Below are positions 27,635-32,000 of a stretch of 32,000 nt of DNA, in pieces. The DNA is from Dickeya solani IPO 2222 (GTDB taxonomy: Bacteria; Pseudomonadota; Gammaproteobacteria; Enterobacterales; Enterobacteriaceae). The position numbers and the translations under genes are program-made. The notes beneath the pieces were generated by a model. The model worked only from the letters and a program-made list of their open reading frames with translations, searched no databases and was not told where the DNA came from. Position 1 is the first letter of the stretch, and the number at the start of each line of letters is the position of its first letter. Where the stretch lies: NCBI RefSeq assembly GCF_001644705.1, contig NZ_CP015137.1, positions 2,250,001-2,282,000 on the forward strand. The letters are read 5' to 3'.

Positions 27635-29035
27635 ATGGCGGATAAGCAACATATCCTGATTGTTGATGATGACGCGCATATTCTGGCCAGCCTGCAGATG
27701 TTACTGTCCATGGAAGGCTATCAGGTCACACTCGCTTCTGCCGTTGAACAGGTGCCCGTTCAGTTGTCCCAGCATGATTTCGATTTGATCCTGATGGATA
27801 TGAACTATCAACGGGATACCACGTCCGGGCAGGAAGGGCTGGTGTTGCTGGAAGAGATAAAGCGTTACGACGAGTACCTGCCGGTGGTGGCGATGACCGG
27901 CTGGGGTAGCGTCGATATTGCGGTGAGCGCCATGCAGGCGGGCGCGGTGGATTTTATTCAGAAACCCTGGGACAACGAGCGGTTGCTGAATGTGATTCGC
28001 CAGCAGATCTCCTTCAGCCTCAGCCAGCGTTCCGGCAAACGGCTGAAAGAAGAAAACAAGCTGCTGAAGCTGGAACTGGAAGACAATTTCAATGGCGAGT
28101 GGGTGGTGGAGTCCGCGCCGATGAAACAATTGATGCGGGTAGTGGAGCAGGTGGCTGCAACCGAGACCAACATCCTGATTCTGGGTGAGAATGGCACCGG
28201 CAAAAGCCTGCTGGCCCGGGTCATTCATCAGCTTTCTCCGCGCCGTGACGAGAACATGGTGTCGGTAAACATGGGCTGCATCAACGAAAATCTGTTTGAA
28301 AGCGAGATGTTCGGCCATGTGAAAGGCGCGTTCACCGACGCCCGGGAAAGCCGCGTCGGGCGTTTCGAACTGGCGGACAAAGGGACGCTGTTTCTGGATG
28401 AGATCGGCAACCTGCCGATGACCCAACAAAGCAAGCTGCTGCGTATTCTGGAAGAACGCTGTTTTGAGCGGGTTGGCTCGTCCCGTACGCTAAAAACCAA
28501 TTGCCGTATTATTGCCGCCACCAACGCTGAACTGGACGTCAGAGTGGCGGAAGGGACGTTTCGTCAGGATCTCTATTACCGCTTCAATACCATTGAGTTA
28601 CGTGTGCCGTCACTGGTGGAACGGCAGCAGGACATCATGCCGCTGGCGTTGAATTTCATTGATCGCTATGCCAGAAAATACAATAAGCCGGCGCCGGGAC
28701 TTAGCCCGTCTGGACAGGCGGCGCTGTCGGGTTACCATTGGCCGGGTAATATCCGCGAACTGAGTCATTTGCTGGAGCGGGCGGTGTTGCTGTGCGGATC
28801 ATCCCGGCTGAACAGTGACGATATTTTTCCGTCACTGCCTGCCGCGCCGCAAAAAGTGGCGAAAGCCGAGCCGGAACTGGCTTCCGATGCGACGCTGGCC
28901 GATATTGAAGAACGCCTGCTGTGTCAGCGTATGGCGAAGTTTGAGGGCAACGCCGTTAAGGCTGCCCATTCGCTGGGGCTGAGTCGCAGTGCGTTTTACC
29001 GACGACTGGAAAAATACAAGATTAACCATGAGTAA
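27635..29035 (+). CDS. vfmH: Sigma54-dependent response regulator (NtrC family: REC - AAA+ - Fis-type HTH)
   Basis: 466 aa from ATG 27635 (AAGGA 6 nt upstream). REC domain (ILIVDDD...LILMDMNY), Walker A GENGTGKS, sigma54-contact loop ESEMFGHVKGAFTDA (a GAFTGA variant), C-terminal HTH AAHSLGLSRSAFYRRLEKY. Confidence 0.9.
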   Translation: MADKQHILIVDDDAHILASLQMLLSMEGYQVTLASAVEQVPVQLSQHDFDLILMDMNYQRDTTSGQEGLVLLEEIKRYDEYLPVVAMTGWGSVDIAVSAMQAGAVDFIQKPWDNERLLNVIRQQISFSLSQRSGKRLKEENKLLKLELEDNFNGEWVVESAPMKQLMRVVEQVAATETNILILGENGTGKSLLARVIHQLSPRRDENMVSVNMGCINENLFESEMFGHVKGAFTDARESRVGRFELADKGTLFLDEIGNLPMTQQSKLLRILEERCFERVGSSRTLKTNCRIIAATNAELDVRVAEGTFRQDLYYRFNTIELRVPSLVERQQDIMPLALNFIDRYARKYNKPAPGLSPSGQAALSGYHWPGNIRELSHLLERAVLLCGSSRLNSDDIFPSLPAAPQKVAKAEPELASDATLADIEERLLCQRMAKFEGNAVKAAHSLGLSRSAFYRRLEKYKINHE

Positions 29036-30347
29036 ACTCGACTCCTCCTTTGAGCCTCCTCACCTGTTGTCATTCAATGTCGCAGCGATTGCCGGCTTGC
29101 TGGGGTATTTCCTGCTATGGCTGTTTCCCGACCAGTCGGTGTACCTGAAAATACTGACGGTATTCATTATTTTCCTGTGTCTGGTCTACAGCAGCTTTAC
29201 ATTTTCCGAGCGACTGAACGGCAAGATCCACGTCGTGTCCAACCTGTTGGAAGCGCTGGAACAGGAAAACTTCAGCCTGCGCGGTGTTACCAAGGACAAA
29301 GGCGCGTTTGATAACCTGATCCGCCAGATTAACCAGCTTTCCGGCACGATGGCGCGCAGCCGTCAGCAGCAAAAAGAAACCTACTATGTGCTGCACAAGG
29401 TGATCTCCAATATCAATATCAGCGTGTTCGCGCTGGATGCGGAGCGGCGCATCATCTGGTGCAACGACGCGGCGGCGGCGCTGGTCAACAAACCGCTATC
29501 GTTGCTGGTGGGACAACCGGCGGCGGAGTTCGGGCTGGAAGGGTTGTTGCAGCAGCCGTCCGATGCCGAGCCGGTCGACTGGCGCTTCCCCGGCACACGG
29601 GGAATGTTCCAGATTCGTCACGATTCCTTTATCGAAGACGGCCGGCAAAACCACCTGTTATTCATCAGCGATGTGAGCAAGCTGTTGCGTAACGAGGAGC
29701 AGAAAACCTGGCAGAACCTGCTGCGGGTGATCAGCCATGAGATCAACAACTCGCTGACGCCGATTGCCTCTATCAGCCAGACGCTGTTGCAGGTGTTCCG
29801 TAAGGATAATCAGCATCAGGCGGCGCCGGATTTGGTCAACGGCATGGAGATCATCAACAATCGCGCCCGCGAACTGATTACTTTTGTCGGCAGTTATCGT
29901 CAGTTGAACCGCCTGCCGCCGGCCAACAAACAGCCCTGCGATATCGCCGGGTTGATGATGCAAATGGCGATGCTGTTCCCACAGCGCAAACTGGTCCTTT
30001 CCGGGGACGCGCCGCAGCAGGCGATGGTCGATGCCAATCAGATGCAGCAGATGTTCATCAACTTATTGAAAAACGCCGATGAAGCGATGGCGCCCGGGCA
30101 GGGTGAAATCGTGCTGCGCTGGAAGGTGATTGCCCGGCAACTGCATATCGAGATTATCGACCAAGGCAAAGGGGTGGCGAATATCGAAAACCTGTTCGTG
30201 CCGTTTTATACCACCAAGACACATGGCAGCGGCATCGGACTGATTCTGTGCCGGCAGATTGTCGAAGGCCATGACGGGCATCTGACGCTGGAGAACCGTA
30301 AGGATGCAGAAGGTTGTGTCGTCAATATCTTCCTGCCGCTGGGATGA
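29028..30347 (+). CDS. vfmI: Sensor histidine kinase (two N-terminal TM helices, PAS-like region, HisKA, HATPase_c)
   Basis: 439 aa from ATG 29028, which overlaps the regulator stop (ATGAGTAA). H-box RVISHEINNSLTPI, N-box NLLKNADEA, G1 DQGKG, G2 GSGIGL. The track start at 28989 lies inside vfmH. Confidence 0.88.
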   Translation: MSKLDSSFEPPHLLSFNVAAIAGLLGYFLLWLFPDQSVYLKILTVFIIFLCLVYSSFTFSERLNGKIHVVSNLLEALEQENFSLRGVTKDKGAFDNLIRQINQLSGTMARSRQQQKETYYVLHKVISNINISVFALDAERRIIWCNDAAAALVNKPLSLLVGQPAAEFGLEGLLQQPSDAEPVDWRFPGTRGMFQIRHDSFIEDGRQNHLLFISDVSKLLRNEEQKTWQNLLRVISHEINNSLTPIASISQTLLQVFRKDNQHQAAPDLVNGMEIINNRARELITFVGSYRQLNRLPPANKQPCDIAGLMMQMAMLFPQRKLVLSGDAPQQAMVDANQMQQMFINLLKNADEAMAPGQGEIVLRWKVIARQLHIEIIDQGKGVANIENLFVPFYTTKTHGSGIGLILCRQIVEGHDGHLTLENRKDAEGCVVNIFLPLG

Positions 30348-31074
30348 CCTGGCGGCGAGAACATGGCCGTATCCCCACTGTGTTGTAGTACCGCGTGCGC
30401 AGCTGGCGTGCCCGGCAATCGTCGCTCAGGCTCGTCAGGCCTGCGGCATGTCGCCGGATGTGGCGTTGGCGTCCCGCCAACTGGCGGAAGGCATGCTGCG
30501 TACCTTGCTGGCGCCGCTGTGTCAGCAAGAGGCCGCCGCATTACGCTTTGAGCGTAACCCGCATGGCAAACCGTTTTTGCCACAGCATCCGACAATTCAG
30601 TTCAATCTATCCCACACTCATAGCGCCTTTGCTTTTGCGTTTGCGCGCCACAGCGCGGTGGGTGTGGATGTGGAAAGCTGTCAGGGTCATGTGGACCGTA
30701 AGCGGTCAGTGGCCAGACGTTTCTTTCACCCTGACGAAATCCGCTGGCTGGATGCGTTTGATGACGTGCGATTCCTGCCGGCGTTCACCTGCTTGTGGAA
30801 CCGCAAAGAGGCTTATATCAAAGCGCTGGGGTTAGGGTTGCACAAATCGCTGGCATCGTTCAGCTGCCTGGCCGACAGTCAGGGGGCTATTCGGGTGGCG
30901 GATACCGGACAGATTAGCGATTGCCGGCTGGATGAAGCGTGGATTGCGGGGGAGCCGTCCGTCGCGCTCAGCTGCTGCCTTTTCCCCGCGAAATCGACCG
31001 AGCCGGATGCATGGCGCCTGCTGATACTGCGGGATGACGCGCCGGAAAACCGCGCATCGCTTCAGCAGCCGTGA
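30304..31074 (+). CDS. vfmJ: Sfp/EntD-type 4'-phosphopantetheinyl transferase
   Basis: Motifs GKPFL...IQFNLSHTH, GVDVES and WNRKEAYIKALGLGL. The start is uncertain: ATG 30304 overlaps the kinase gene by 44 nt, and the next in-frame ATG (30448) would remove conserved N-terminal sequence. Confidence 0.8.
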   Translation: MQKVVSSISSCRWDDLAARTWPYPHCVVVPRAQLACPAIVAQARQACGMSPDVALASRQLAEGMLRTLLAPLCQQEAAALRFERNPHGKPFLPQHPTIQFNLSHTHSAFAFAFARHSAVGVDVESCQGHVDRKRSVARRFFHPDEIRWLDAFDDVRFLPAFTCLWNRKEAYIKALGLGLHKSLASFSCLADSQGAIRVADTGQISDCRLDEAWIAGEPSVALSCCLFPAKSTEPDAWRLLILRDDAPENRASLQQP

Positions 31075-31709
31075 TGGTCTATCAGGCTGGCCACGCCGTT
31101 GCTGGTATGAACCAGCGTATCCGGTGCTACTCTGACTCTGGCGCCGGTGGTGACGGTTCCACTCAGCTGTCGCACGTGGCATAACCGCGCGTCTACGCCC
31201 ATGGCGATGTTCACGACGGCTTCTTGCGCCGAAAAAGCCGGTTCATGGGTATTGAACGATGACCCCATCGCCAGCGACAGGTCGAGCTGACGCGTGTTGC
31301 CCGCGACATTGATCTCCGTGCCCATGCTGCCGTCAACCGTGAATGTGTCGGGCGAAACCGCACAAGCGGGAACGGCCATTTTGACGCCTGCCTGTGCCTT
31401 GATCGTATTAATCGGTGCGCCGATAGTGACCGTAATCGCCGCGCCGTGATCGCGCAGGATACTGTCATCGCTGGAATGGTTTTCGATTATCAGACTCTGT
31501 CCCTGAGGGCGGATGACCAGCTTCTCCAGAACATCCTGTCTGGCGCTGGCCTCCACGCGGTATCCATTACCGCAAACCAAAGTGACGCTCAGGCCACGGC
31601 TAACATCCAATGTCGTAAAGGAGGGCACATCCACGTTTTGCTGATTCGCCGGTGAACAAGCCACCGTCAATGGCAGCAGCACCAGCGCGGAACAAAGCAG
31701 CGCTTTCAT
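31062..31709 (-). CDS. Putative lipoprotein, possibly DUF2807/GIN-domain-like
   Basis: 215 aa with signal peptide and lipobox MKALLCSALVLLPLTVAC/S. Repetitive beta-strand-like segments (FTTLDVSRGLSVTLVCGNGYRVEA...LVIRPQGQSLIIEN). Its 3' end overlaps the PPTase gene by 13 nt. The function call is weak. Confidence 0.6.
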   Translation of the reverse strand: MKALLCSALVLLPLTVACSPANQQNVDVPSFTTLDVSRGLSVTLVCGNGYRVEASARQDVLEKLVIRPQGQSLIIENHSSDDSILRDHGAAITVTIGAPINTIKAQAGVKMAVPACAVSPDTFTVDGSMGTEINVAGNTRQLDLSLAMGSSFNTHEPAFSAQEAVVNIAMGVDARLCHVRQLSGTVTTGARVRVAPDTLVHTSNGVASLIDHHGC

Positions 31710-32000
31710 TCCTCTCTCCCTTCTCCGTTGCTATCCCTGCCATGCCAGCCTGACGTCCCATATCAGGAGGGAACCCGCGGCCAGTTTATCCTTGTCTGGC
31801 CGATACCCGTCTGAATATTCATCCCTTGCTTCAGTCGAGGCGGTTCAGTTACATCCTTGTCTCTTATCGCCAGCAAGCCAGCGAAAGCTTTCCCTGATTG
31901 CTATTATGCATAGCGGAATTATCCATTTTTGTCTGAAATTGAGAACTGTTCTGATAAATGCGGCTAATAAATAGTGCGGCAAGATCGCGAAGGGTCAGAA

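Noticed and set aside
31917-31930. AATTATCCATTTTT near the right edge, resembling the AATCCCATTTTT motif of the other promoters
   Set aside because: It is a single copy with one base missing from the CCC core. The gene it would serve lies outside the window, so the match cannot be evaluated.

Overview
The window is collinear with an enterobacterial chromosome and looks like a soft-rot Dickeya (D. dadantii-like), judged from gene content and order. No search was possible. No rRNA, tRNA, CRISPR array, IS element or integrase was recognised. Left third (1-10 kb): housekeeping and metal genes, namely xylA (truncated, minus strand), xylFGH-xylR, a DJ-1/PfpI protein, rcnR-rcnA with its operator, and argG with ARG boxes. 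Middle (10-18.5 kb): the indigoidine locus pecS/pecM-indA-indB-indC. It includes a perfect 26-bp palindrome in the pecS-pecM intergenic region and a 1488-aa single-module NRPS (A-Ox-T-TE). Right part (18.5-31.1 kb) is the most interesting. It is an 11-gene locus in three units: (i) KAS III-like enzyme, small carrier protein, unknown protein, MATE exporter, alpha/beta hydrolase; (ii) a divergent small AraC-type regulator behind a near-consensus sigma54 promoter; (iii) MacB-type ABC exporter, sigma54-dependent response regulator, histidine kinase, Sfp-type PPTase. This is the architecture of a self-contained system for making, exporting and sensing a small-molecule signal. It matches the gene order I recall for the Dickeya Vfm quorum-sensing cluster (vfmAZBCD / vfmE / vfmFGHIJ). 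New sequence-level observations: a tandem AATCCCAT motif shared by two of the promoters, a non-canonical KAS III active site, sharp intragenic GC-content mosaics, and a kinase with almost no periplasmic loop. Many long ORFs in the supplied track are antisense shadows of real genes in GC-rich DNA.
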